Of a stretch of DNA of 64,000 nt, positions 20,647 to 30,117 are shown piece after piece. The position numbers were made by a program, and so were the translations under genes. The notes below the pieces were generated by a model. The model was given only the letters and a program-made list of their open reading frames with translations, was not told where the DNA came from and searched no databases. Each line of letters begins with the position of its first letter. Positions within the stretch are counted from its first letter, which is position 1. The stretch comes from Candidatus Dormiibacterota bacterium (GTDB lineage Bacteria > Chloroflexota > Dormibacteria > Aeolococcales > Aeolococcaceae): assembly GCA_963709585.1 (NCBI GenBank), contig CAVPXI010000007.1, positions 288,001 through 352,000 of the forward strand. The letters run 5' to 3'.

Positions 20647-21652
20647 GACGCAGAGCCGAGATGCATCTTGGGGTCGCAAGACCCTACGCGGGATACTCGG
20701 TGAGTCGCGGCGTGCGAGAACCCGCGACATCCTCGTTCAACTGGCCCTGTATGCGGTATTGGCTGGTCTCGTTGCCTTCTTCGGGGTGACTACCCCCTAC
20801 TTCTTCAGCAGTGTGAACCTCGTCAACATTCTGGTCCAGGTCTCGGTCGTCGGGATGCTCGCCGTCGGTGAGACCTTCGTCATTCTCTCAGCGGGCATCG
20901 ACCTTTCGGTGGGGTCAGTCGTAGCACTGACCGGCTGTGTCGCTGGGTTCGTCGCCATCAAGCCAACGGGCTTCGTTCTCCCTGTTCTCGCGGCAGTAGC
21001 TGTCGGCGCGGCCGTCGGCATGGTCAATGGCTTCTTCGTGTCATATGCGCGGATTCCGGCATTCATCGTGACCCTGGCCGCCCTCTCAGTCGTTCGCGGC
21101 GTGGCATACATCATTACCAACACGCAGACGCTCTTCGGATTCAATAACGACTTCCTGTCGCTAGGGTCAGGATCGCTGCTGGGAGTGCCCTTTCTCGTAT
21201 GGATCCTCGTCGTCGTAATCGCGTTGGCATTCCTAGTTCAGCGATACACACCTTTCGGCCGCCATGTGCTCGCGATCGGCGGCAACCGCGTCGCTGCCGC
21301 ACTCTTTCGGGTTCCGGTACACCGGACAGAACTGTCGATCTACATCCTCAGCGGCGCCATCGCAGGCTTAGCGGGAGCGCTACTTGCGTCACGAATTGCG
21401 GCCGGCGAACCCGGCATAGCGATAGGGTACGAGTTGCAAGCGATTGCGCCGGTCATCATCGGTGGGACGAGTCTGTTCGGCGGGGAGGGCGGCGTCGAGC
21501 GCACCGTTGTGGGGATCCTGATTCTTGGGGTTATCGACAACGGGATGAACCTCATGGGCATCCCGTCGTACTACCAACTGGTGCTGACCGGGGCAGTTGT
21601 GGTTGGTGCAGTGCTGCTCGATCGGGCTGCGAAACGCAGCATGGTCGGCTAA
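20636..21652 (+). CDS. Sugar ABC transporter permease (RbsC type)
   Basis: GIDLSVGS, IPAFIVTL, FGRHVLAIGGN, YELQAIA..IIGGTSL.GG.G. Confidence 0.93.
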   Translation: MKTETQSRDASWGRKTLRGILGESRRARTRDILVQLALYAVLAGLVAFFGVTTPYFFSSVNLVNILVQVSVVGMLAVGETFVILSAGIDLSVGSVVALTGCVAGFVAIKPTGFVLPVLAAVAVGAAVGMVNGFFVSYARIPAFIVTLAALSVVRGVAYIITNTQTLFGFNNDFLSLGSGSLLGVPFLVWILVVVIALAFLVQRYTPFGRHVLAIGGNRVAAALFRVPVHRTELSIYILSGAIAGLAGALLASRIAAGEPGIAIGYELQAIAPVIIGGTSLFGGEGGVERTVVGILILGVIDNGMNLMGIPSYYQLVLTGAVVVGAVLLDRAAKRSMVG

Positions 21653-21891
21653 GGACGGCCCGCATGAGAATCGAGACGCAAGAAGGAGCATCAGAGATCA
21701 AGTTGCACGGACATTGGTTCCGTCGACAAACGGAGGAGCCTATGGCGTTGAGCGCAGACAGAGAACGATTCGAGGTCGAGTCAGGTTGTCGCAGATTTCG
21801 AGGCCGAGCAGTGTCGAGCATCGGTCGACCTTCATCCACGAACCCGGAGGCGCGCCAAGCATCCGTAATGATTGAAAGGAGTAAACCTACA

Positions 21892-22896
21892 ATGCGCAAA
21901 TCCCATCGATTGATCTCATGGTCATCCATACCCTTGCTGGGGGTGCCCATGCTGCTCGCTGCCTGTGGATCGAGTTCACCGAGCTCATCCTCGAGCTCAT
22001 CGACGAGTTCGATAAAGATTGGATTCCTCGTAGGTGACACGGGAAACACCGGACAGGCTCGCGTTTGGAAGTCCGCTCAAGCTGAAGCCAAGAAGCGTGG
22101 CGTCCAATTGCTGATCCTCAATTCAAACCGCGATGTCGCCACCGAGTCAACCAACATGGATACCTTCATTGCGGAGCATGTGAACGTCATTGTCGACGAT
22201 CCGCAAGACATCAATGGCAGCATTCCCGCTATCCAACGGGCCCAGGCCGCTGGCATTCCGGTCATTACCGAGGATGACGCAGTGACGGGGTCTGGTACGA
22301 CTTATCACTACGTGGGCTCAGACTATGTAGATGAAGCCGGCACGCAGCTTGCGGCTCAGCACGTACTTCAGCTGCTGAATGGAAAGGGCAACGTCGTCCT
22401 GCTCCCCGGACCTGTTGGTATTCTCGTCGAGCAGGTTAGAACGCAGGCCGCGCAGCAGACGCTCGCAGGTGCGCCAGGTGTTCACCTTATCTACCAGCAG
22501 AACTGTGCTAACTGGAATGAAGACGGCGGGACCACACAAATGGAGAACGCGCTGGCTAAGTTTCCGAGTGCAGGCTCGATCAACGCCGTTATTGGCGAGG
22601 ATGGCCCGATCGCTCTTGGAGCAGTTCAGGCACTGACGAAGGCGAACCAACTCACCGGCGTTATTACAGTGGGAACAGACGGTAACTCCGATGAATTGCA
22701 GTCGATGATCAACGGCCAGGAGACGTTTACCGTCTTCCAACAGAAGGAGAAGTTCGGAGTCGCCATTGTGGACGACGCTATCGCTCTTGCGGGAAAGAAG
22801 ACCATACCGATGAGAGACGACATCCCCTGGATCTTGATAGATACCGTTCAGCTTGCTAAGCAGTATCTGAAGGACATCTACGGGATCACGGCCTAA
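21892..22896 (+). CDS. Sugar ABC transporter substrate-binding lipoprotein (RbsB type)
   Basis: GAAAGGAG RBS before ATG 21892; lipobox LLAAC; Ser linker; AGIPVI; VGTDG. Confidence 0.9.
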   Translation: MRKSHRLISWSSIPLLGVPMLLAACGSSSPSSSSSSSTSSIKIGFLVGDTGNTGQARVWKSAQAEAKKRGVQLLILNSNRDVATESTNMDTFIAEHVNVIVDDPQDINGSIPAIQRAQAAGIPVITEDDAVTGSGTTYHYVGSDYVDEAGTQLAAQHVLQLLNGKGNVVLLPGPVGILVEQVRTQAAQQTLAGAPGVHLIYQQNCANWNEDGGTTQMENALAKFPSAGSINAVIGEDGPIALGAVQALTKANQLTGVITVGTDGNSDELQSMINGQETFTVFQQKEKFGVAIVDDAIALAGKKTIPMRDDIPWILIDTVQLAKQYLKDIYGITA

Positions 22897-22925
22897 CCTT
22901 AAACGGTCGAGGCAGGCAAGCATCT

Positions 22926-22965
22926 CTCGGAGTTCTCCTCTTCTCTTGAGGAGGAAGACTCCGAG
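22926..22965 (+). terminator. Intergenic stem-loop after the SBP gene
   Basis: CTCGGAG..CTCCTC / GAGGAG..CTCCGAG imperfect inverted repeat. Confidence 0.55.
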
Positions 22966-22992
22966 GCGGACCTTTGTTAAGGGAGTGCACGG

Positions 22993-23781
22993 GTGGCGGC
23001 TCCGTTGTTAGAGCTCATAGGTGTCAGCAAGGCCTTTGGCCCCGTAGAGGCTCTGAAGGACGTTAGCTTCGACGTGCGAGCCGGCGAGGTCCATGCACTC
23101 GTGGGCGACAATGGTGCTGGGAAGTCGACCCTTCTGAAAATCATCTCAGGCGTGTATAGGCCGGATCATGGGCGCATCCTGGTGAGGGGCGAGCCGGTGG
23201 ACATACACAGCCCGCAGGACGCAAAGCGTTTGGGTATCGAGACCCTGTACCAGGAATTGGCGCTAGTCGAGACTTTGGATGTAGCAGCCAACATGTATCT
23301 TGGCCGAGAAGTCACGTATGGACGCTGGTTTGGGCGTCTGCTCTTGAACGACCGCCTGATGCGGAGGGAGGCGAAGCGGTACATCGAGGACCTTCGTGTG
23401 AACCTTCCCTCGGTGCGAACCAAGGTCAGGTTCTTATCTGGCGGTCAACGACAGGCGGTAGCCATAGGTCGTGCCACAGCTTGGGGTTCGAAGCTGGTCA
23501 TCATGGATGAGCCAACAGCTGCACTCGGAGTTACAGAAGCGGGCATGGTATTGGGTCTCATCAGAACCCTCCGGGAGAAGGGGGTCACTGTGATCCTCGT
23601 GAGCCACAACCTCTTCCACATTCTTGAGATCACCGACCGCATCAGCGTCCTCCGGCATGCTCAGATGGCGGTGACCGTCACTAGTAGTGGAATGGATGTC
23701 AGCCAGTTGACTGAGCTCATCACCGGAATCGGCCCCACGCTCAGAGGTGATACTAATGCCGAACCCCCGGCAGGCACGTGA
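22993..23781 (+). CDS. Sugar ABC transporter ATP-binding protein (single domain)
   Basis: GDNGAGKS, LSGGQRQ, IMDEPTAALG, VSH. Confidence 0.93.
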   Translation: MAAPLLELIGVSKAFGPVEALKDVSFDVRAGEVHALVGDNGAGKSTLLKIISGVYRPDHGRILVRGEPVDIHSPQDAKRLGIETLYQELALVETLDVAANMYLGREVTYGRWFGRLLLNDRLMRREAKRYIEDLRVNLPSVRTKVRFLSGGQRQAVAIGRATAWGSKLVIMDEPTAALGVTEAGMVLGLIRTLREKGVTVILVSHNLFHILEITDRISVLRHAQMAVTVTSSGMDVSQLTELITGIGPTLRGDTNAEPPAGT

Positions 23782-23854
23782 CGATGCGGAGCTTGTAACC
23801 AGGCGCGCGGTTGGCCGCACCACTTCCGGCCAGGCGAGGTTCGAGGCACCGCCT

Positions 23855-24820
23855 TTAGTTGAGGGAGAGAGCAACCTCGGCTAGGAGATCAAGGGTATCC
23901 ATGTCATCCAGATTGAAATGCTGAAGCATCACTCGTTGAATGCCGACTTCCTTCCAACGTAGGAGTTGATCCGCGACCTCCTCAGGAGTTCCAACTAACC
24001 ACTTTCTGTCACGAATGAGAGCGCTCACGTCCACCGGTTTCATGGCTGGGCCATAGGCGCCCGCGAGGAAGTTGGTTAGCCACTGGGCCTTAGTCGCCAG
24101 CTCTGTCGGAGTCCTCGCAATACACACCCCACCAACCCAAGAACGTGCGATCGCGTCAGGGTTACGACCGAGTGTACGACAATGCTCCTCGAGTTTCGAG
24201 CGTTTGAGCACGTACTCCTCTGGACTCTGGACGTTCGCGTTCCACTCGTCGGCATGCTCGGCAACGATTCTCAGCAAGCGCTTCTCTTCACTGCCTCCAA
24301 CCAAGAGCGTCGTGCCGGTCGTACGAAGCGGTCTCGGAAAGGCAGTTGCTCCTCGAAGTCTGTAGAAGGATCCGTCAAAGTCAACGGGCCCGCCGGTGGA
24401 GAGGGCGCGGATCACGCGGATTCCCTCGTCCAAGCAAGTCATGCGCTCGCTGTAGCTTGGGAAATCAATTCCATACGCCGCGTGCTCCGTCTCGTTCCAA
24501 CCTCCACCCACACCCAAAACCAATCTTCCGTTCGACAGGAGGTCCACGGCCGACGCCATACGTGCGAGCAAGGCCGGGTTGCGAAAAGTCATCGGGCTAA
24601 CGAGCGAACCGAACTGGATACGCTGGGTCCATTGTGCCAACGCCGTTAGTGAGACCCACGCCTCAAGGGAGTCTCGTTCAACAGAGCCATGGTTGCTGAT
24701 TAGGTGATCGGACCGAAACAGGGAGTCGAGCCCGACCGTCTCTACTCGATTGGCTATTTGGCGCCATCGATCCCACGTCAAGCCCTCTTGGCCCTCGATC
24801 ATGATCCCGATGCGCACCAA
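23855..24820 (-). CDS. LLM-class (probably F420-dependent) oxidoreductase
   Basis: MIEGQEGLTW, SLFRSDH, FRNPALLA, GRLVLGVGGGW..EH, HADEWN. Confidence 0.88.
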   Translation of the reverse strand: MVRIGIMIEGQEGLTWDRWRQIANRVETVGLDSLFRSDHLISNHGSVERDSLEAWVSLTALAQWTQRIQFGSLVSPMTFRNPALLARMASAVDLLSNGRLVLGVGGGWNETEHAAYGIDFPSYSERMTCLDEGIRVIRALSTGGPVDFDGSFYRLRGATAFPRPLRTTGTTLLVGGSEEKRLLRIVAEHADEWNANVQSPEEYVLKRSKLEEHCRTLGRNPDAIARSWVGGVCIARTPTELATKAQWLTNFLAGAYGPAMKPVDVSALIRDRKWLVGTPEEVADQLLRWKEVGIQRVMLQHFNLDDMDTLDLLAEVALSLN

Positions 24821-25526
24821 CCTATTTTACTGGATTTCCAGGCTAGATGTGGCTACTCCGACGAGGTTGGCAATACTGCCTGGGAGCGCCTCAAAGCTCC
24901 TAATTCACATCGTGGTACGGTCGCATATCTTCCGATTGCTCGGGGAACTCATTCGGATGCTGCGACAAGCATTACGTGGAGCGGGCGATAGCGAGTGGGA
25001 TCCCGGCCCAGTTACCCGTCCACGCGAACTGCTGGCCCTAGATTGGGCAGCGTTTGCCGCTCACGAGATCGAGGTAACGTCGCCGACCGCGGTCCAGGCC
25101 CTCCCCGAGCTCGCCATATACCGGCGAGGCCAAACCGGGTTCAGGAGCGGCGGCCTTGTGGGTAGAAGTGCGACGAGGCGATGGTGATCAATGACGAAGA
25201 GCTGTTCGTAACCTATCGTCGCTCGAGCGCTGGGCGTCATCTTTTGCCCCAAAACCAACAGTTGTCCAATCCTTCACACCTAACATTTCCCGCGCATCTC
25301 GAAGAGCTCTGCGCTTAGCTCGTGGCGGAGGCTGAGGAAACCGCGCATCGACGAAGCTGCCAGTACGCGCTGATGAGAAGTTAGGCGTTCTACCCCACGG
25401 CTCCGATCTTCGGGATTCTGTGTTCAAGAGCGTCGACTGATTCGCCGCCCTCGCTCGTTAACATCGACTACTTCCGTGGCTCGAAACGGCTCAACTACCA
25501 AACCGATCTGGACGGTGCCTTGAGGT

Positions 25527-25790
25527 TCAGCTCTTCTGTGACGACGCAGCGCGTTTGGCCGCCAGGCGGGCTTGAATTGCGTCCGCCTCTCGTCTATAGC
25601 TCAGGCGGCGTTTAGGAGCGGGGTTGATCATTCTGCACCCGCCACACAGCGTCGGAGCGGCAACGACCATTTTCTTACCGCTGTCCATCCGGTGCAGTCT
25701 TCTCGGAGGGAGGGGTTTCCCGCACCCGGGGCACACATAACCGGACTTGCGCGAATAGCGACCTATGCTCTTTTCGGGTGGGCGAGCCAT
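25527..25790 (-). CDS. Small basic zinc-ribbon protein
   Basis: AGAGGT RBS before ATG; CPGC...CGGC. Confidence 0.6.
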   Translation of the reverse strand: MARPPEKSIGRYSRKSGYVCPGCGKPLPPRRLHRMDSGKKMVVAAPTLCGGCRMINPAPKRRLSYRREADAIQARLAAKRAASSQKS

Positions 25791-25908
25791 ACCTCTGAGT
25801 GTACCGCTCGGGAGCGGGAATGTTGCCAGAAGACTGCCAAGGTCAACTTCGGTTAGATTCTTGCCTGTGACTGTCAGCAAGGTTCGTCCCTGCCGCGAAC
25901 CTCGAGAT

Positions 25909-26544
25909 GTGGCGTCTAATCTGGAGCGGTACCTGACGGAGCGAGAGCCTACCGCCAGATACGCATCGTTTGATTACTGCTACAACTACTTCCAGACGTA
26001 TCGCGAACGGGCTAACGTCAGCGCCGTTGCAGCGACCGCGAACATGGAGCTCTCCTGTCTGCACTTGGGCTTCTACCTGGCGAGTTGGGGGATGCTGCGC
26101 GGTTCGACCGACTTGCTGCAGAGAAGCATCAAACATCTCGAGCCTGTTGTCACGGCGATTGCAGGGGCTCCGCCCGCGTTGTGGGAGATCGACGCGAACG
26201 ACTACTCCGACGAGGTATGGACCACCCTGGGCGGGTTTAATGCGGACCTGTGTGCAATCCTCTCTGGGAAGGCATCGGACACGTTGACCACCAAGATCAT
26301 GCTCGGGACCTTCGGATGCGTCCCAGCCTTCGATACGAACTTTGTGAGGGGCGCCGGCGTGTGGAAGTTCAGCCGGACCGCACTCCGACGTGTCGAGCTG
26401 TTCTACCGCGAGCATGCGGAGGTCATCGAAAGATATCGTCAACCCACGCTCGACTTTGCCACGAACGGGAACACCCACCGCAAGTACACACGGGCGAAGG
26501 TCATCGACATGATCTTCTTCGTCGAGGGAGCTGCGAGTTCGTAA
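25909..26544 (+). CDS. Conserved hypothetical protein, possibly HhH-GPD glycosylase-like
   Basis: RYASFDYCYNYF, LGFYLASWGMLRGS, TKIMLGTFGCVPAFD, YTRAKVIDM. Start uncertain (GTG 25867 or 25909); the fold is inference. Confidence 0.7.
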   Translation: MASNLERYLTEREPTARYASFDYCYNYFQTYRERANVSAVAATANMELSCLHLGFYLASWGMLRGSTDLLQRSIKHLEPVVTAIAGAPPALWEIDANDYSDEVWTTLGGFNADLCAILSGKASDTLTTKIMLGTFGCVPAFDTNFVRGAGVWKFSRTALRRVELFYREHAEVIERYRQPTLDFATNGNTHRKYTRAKVIDMIFFVEGAASS

Positions 26545-26705
26545 GCACGATCAGCAATAAGGAAGCACCCATAGCGGAGCATGGCATTTACCCCATCGGC
26601 TTCCCCCACGCGAAGGCCGGTTCGATACCCCAGGATGGGCTTCCCTATGGCTCGAGCGTACCCGACTTCAAAGGACGAGCCGTCGGCGGAGGCTTGCGCC
26701 AACTT
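26545..26705 (-). pseudogene. Nucleoside 2-deoxyribosyltransferase C-terminal fragment
   Basis: DGSSFEVGYARAIGKPILGYRT...VNAML matches the NDT catalytic Glu motif; N-terminal half absent. Confidence 0.7.
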
Positions 26706-27038
26706 CTTGACCTGGCGTAACCATGGCTCGCACCGGCGACAACTGCCTGTCGCGACCGGTGCCGGTAGGGGGCGCTTAGAGAGACACGCCATTCGGAGAT
26801 CGATGTTTACCACCCTTTGCGCTCCAGCCCCGGTTGGAGGCTTAGACTTTGGACGCACGCCTTACCAAGGCGCTCGACCGGACAGGGTCGTGCTCCGGGC
26901 GGCCCGTCGCCAACTCGTTTCAGGAGGTCCTGAAGGACACGTGTACAAGCGCGAGCCGATCCGGGATAGTTCGCGGTGGGTCGTCACATTTCCGGCCGAT
27001 GTGCTGCGCCATCAACGATGGGATCAGGAGACTGAAAG

Positions 27039-27635
27039 TTGAGAAACAACCAGGCGCCCTGCCCCATCTGCGGGCACGACATAGGCCTAGGGGACGAAGG
27101 CGAATGGGGCGCCGCCTGCGTGCACCTTGTAGCTGACTGGGCCCAGGACCCAGGTGATAATGACGGCGGCGTCGTTGGCGGTTCCGCTTGGGAAACTCCT
27201 GGAATCCCGGCCGAGGACTTCGCTCGTGCCATCCAGAGTCTGAGCCGCGAGTTTACAGAGTGCACCGACGAGAAGCGCGCACAGAAGATTGCGTCGCTCA
27301 AAGACATCCTTCCCGCCGATCGCACCCCGCGGTGGTGGTCGTCGCTATGCGACGCTCTTGACGACTTGGAAGGCGAGGCGATTGGAACGTCTAATTACGA
27401 TCTCGGCCGCATCCCCACACTCCTTGTAGACGATGTCATCTTCGACGTTGCCGGTATCGAGATCTCGTCAGTAAATGTTACGAGCGGTATACCCATGGCT
27501 ATTGACTATGAACTCGTCTGGGCTGAGGATCCCGAAGCCGCCAGCAGTGCGATCGCTGCCTGCATGAGTGATGCGACAGACGCTGTGCGCCTGGCGGAGG
27601 AAACGCTGACAGGCAGGACACTGAACCCAAACTGA
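27039..27635 (+). CDS. Hypothetical acidic protein with N-terminal CxxC...CxH
   Basis: AGGAG RBS before TTG; 198-aa ORF. Confidence 0.6.
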   Translation: MRNNQAPCPICGHDIGLGDEGEWGAACVHLVADWAQDPGDNDGGVVGGSAWETPGIPAEDFARAIQSLSREFTECTDEKRAQKIASLKDILPADRTPRWWSSLCDALDDLEGEAIGTSNYDLGRIPTLLVDDVIFDVAGIEISSVNVTSGIPMAIDYELVWAEDPEAASSAIAACMSDATDAVRLAEETLTGRTLNPN

Positions 27636-27904
27636 CAGCAGGGCCAAAGGCGTGTCGCTATAAGGAGATGACCTGAGTGACACCGGACGAGGCTGTTCCA
27701 ATCGCCAGAGTGCTGAAGTTCGTGGACGGCGGCGGCGATCTCATTCCAGTAAACATGGCGATGGGGCTGATCCTGCCTCGCGCATCACCGGCGGGCCTTT
27801 GCCCAGATGATTATCCATGGCACTGCCACGACCCGCGCTGACGACAAACGCGACGAGTACTTCCCCTACGGACAGGTGAGAATTCATATCGGTGCCTCCT
27901 ACTC

Positions 27905-28509
27905 CTATGGCTGCGTTGACCCGCGGAAGTGACCCTGCTTTACGACCAGCTCATAAGCGGGACCGCCACCAACGACGTCGACGAAGATTTCCTCACTCAG
28001 CGCCGCAAGGACGTCGCTCGGTTCTGTCACACCATCGCGGCAGAAGTTCAGACACGTGTGGGTTCCACCGCCAAGCTTCAGCCGATGGATGCCAAGTGCG
28101 CGACCACGGTCTCGTCGGCGCCCAGCCCGATTGGGCGGCCTGCCTTCCAGAAGCCCGAGCCCACCTCCATACACAGAGGCTCGTGGTCGGCTTCGCCGAA
28201 GAACGGGGGCCACAGGACTCCTCCACAGATCGACGCGTCCTCGTTTCGCCTCGAGCGCGGCTCAGAAACCACGGCCGCCATCGCCAACACCGGCTCCGCA
28301 ACCGCCACTTCAATGGCGGCTGTTGCTGCGCCGGACCCGCCCCTGGCGAACTGCACGTAGCGATCGCTGCGAGCAGCGTCATTGAAGATCACGAATGCGT
28401 CGTGTGTTCCCCGCAGCCAGAACAGAGCCAATGTCATTCGTTTGATCCGCCAAGCGGAACGGTCGGTCTGTTTAGGGACCCCTGCCTCCCACCAAGCCTG
28501 TTCGCCCAT
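27905..28509 (-). CDS. T3SS-chaperone-like (TY-Chap-like) hypothetical protein; apparent -1 frameshift near 28080
   Basis: AFVIFND..SDRYVQFA, LCMEVGSGFW. Continues in another frame as LKLGGG...NFCRD...LAALSEEIFVDVVG. Confidence 0.5.
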
Positions 28510-29155
28510 CCGCACGCTCCGTCGTCTGGGGCGATATCCCGCGCTTACCGCCGCATGGTGGCGGTCAGGTCTTCTCCGCGGGGGCACCGTGCGTGGGTGG
28601 CGCGGTTGCCGAGGCGGCAGCCGGGAGGCTTATGCCGTCTTCTCGTGACCCTTCTACAAGCGTACACGCGCGGGCGACACCTGCCTGTCGTCAGTGCGAC
28701 GCCCCGGGGATTCTCAGACCCTGGCCGGCAACCGACCGTCGCGATGTTTGCGCTACGTCAGCTCCGCTACGAGACGCGCGTAGTCCTGCGGCGTGCTCGC
28801 ATACAAGGCGATCTCGAAGTCCGGCGGTGACTGGTACGCAGCGAGGATTGCGGACCCACATCCCGAAGCGGAGGTGACCACCGCTCACTCCTGCTCGGAA
28901 CCACGGTGGCGCCGTCGACGGAGCCACCGAACCCGCCCCCCCCAACGGCCGCGTCGAGTAGCGGCTGATGCCAGATTACCCGACCTATTCACGCCCCATT
29001 GATGGAAGCCGATTCGATCCTATTTCGATTGCGCTAATTGATCATCGCGGTTGGTCATCAACGGCTATTTCCCGCAGTGCCGACACCCCGGGCGCAAGAG
29101 TAAAAGCCTCAGTCCGAGGTCGCCTGAATAGCGTAAGCGCGGTTTGGTGTCTATT

Positions 29156-29779
29156 TTAAGCTGTGATCGTCGTCGGATCTAATTTTGTGCGAGGAGGCGA
29201 ATCCTCAAGCGCTAGGCTGTTGATGAACGTACAAAGTCTGGTCGCTTCGTCTTTCTGCAGATCTACTGGCAACAGTATCTCTGCAACGATCCCCTGCCTA
29301 ACCGGAAACGGGTATCTGATCATGCGGCTGCTGGTAGATGTTCCAATGGCTTCCGTATCTAACGTAGACGCTCCTTGCGCGCGTGTCCGAGGGACGCGTG
29401 AACGGGCTGAGGTAGCACGTTCACCCGTTTTAGACCTTTCTCGAAGCTGCGGTCGGTAATTCCTTGGATCGTCCAAATACGACAAGTACAAACTAAGCGC
29501 TCGAAGGAACCGCGACCGATACGCGGCGAGGCTACCCGGAGCGAATTCCTTCTTCGCAAGGTTTTCAAAACGATCAAGAAGTGAATCAATATCGATAGAT
29601 CGTACGTTTATGGATTCCCAGTCTTGACCTTCAACTGATAGAACGCGCTGGACTGCCGCTCGTAAAGCATTCGCGGTATTCCGATTCAACAGGCCCTTTT
29701 CGGCCGCCCAATTCCAATGGTCTACGAAGTCGCGACCAGTCCCGTCTTCAGAACCATGGTCCACTACCACTTTCACCAC
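29156..29779 (-). CDS. Hypothetical protein: integrase core-binding (SAM-like) N-domain, linker, small C-domain; no catalytic domain
   Basis: KGLLNRNTA..LRAAV.RVL, IDIDSLLDRFEN, APGSLAAYRSRF, C-terminal YPFPVR..LPVDL..EA.RL. AT-richer than flanks. Confidence 0.75.
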   Translation of the reverse strand: MVKVVVDHGSEDGTGRDFVDHWNWAAEKGLLNRNTANALRAAVQRVLSVEGQDWESINVRSIDIDSLLDRFENLAKKEFAPGSLAAYRSRFLRALSLYLSYLDDPRNYRPQLRERSKTGERATSARSRVPRTRAQGASTLDTEAIGTSTSSRMIRYPFPVRQGIVAEILLPVDLQKDEATRLCTFINSLALEDSPPRTKLDPTTITA

Positions 29780-29963
29780 ATCCAGTTCGATAACATTATT
29801 AGCTGAATCTGATATTAGAACAATATCGTCAAAAAATCAAGAACCCACACTTGTGACGAAAGCTGCGTAGCCTGCTCGGCAATCTGAACTAAGGGTATGG
29901 CAATACCGGTCACGGCTACGGCCCTTCCGTCCGCTTCTATCTCGTCGCATCAAGGCAGGTTGA

Positions 29964-29992
29964 TTGTATGAGCTATCCAGCTTTGCTATACT
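29964..29992 (+). promoter_or_regulatory. Sigma70-type promoter of the tRNA-like gene
   Basis: TTGTAT-17 bp-TATACT with extended TGn; ends 7 bp before the cloverleaf. Confidence 0.7.
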
Positions 29993-29999
29993 GGAAGGA

Positions 30000-30075
30000 G
30001 CCGGTGTAGCCCAATTGGTAGAGGCAGGTGCCTGCCAAGCACCCACAGGTGAGGGTCCGAGTCCCTTCGCCGGCA
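30000..30075 (+). tRNA. Non-canonical tRNA / tRNA-like RNA: anticodon GCC (Gly) on a Leu-like body
   Basis: Acceptor GCCGGTG/CGCCGGC + A73; D-arm GCC-CAATTGGTAGA-GGC; anticodon arm GGTGC-CTGCCAA-GCACC; 7-nt variable region; T-arm GAGGG-TCCGAGT-CCCTT. Confidence 0.8.
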
Positions 30076-30087
30076 CCTGGGGTACAC

Positions 30088-30117
30088 ATAGGGCCGGGGC
30101 ATGAGCCCCGGCCCTAT
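30088..30117 (+). terminator. Perfect 13-bp hairpin after the tRNA-like gene
   Basis: ATAGGGCCGGGGC-ATGA-GCCCCGGCCCTAT; no strong U-tract. Confidence 0.7.

Noticed and set aside
21199-21891. Long N-terminal extension of the sugar SBP ORF
   Set aside because: Overlaps the permease in another frame; RBS and lipobox place the start at 21892.
27700-27905. Coding-like fragments on the + strand
   Set aside because: Short, interrupted and unassignable; probably decayed gene remnants.
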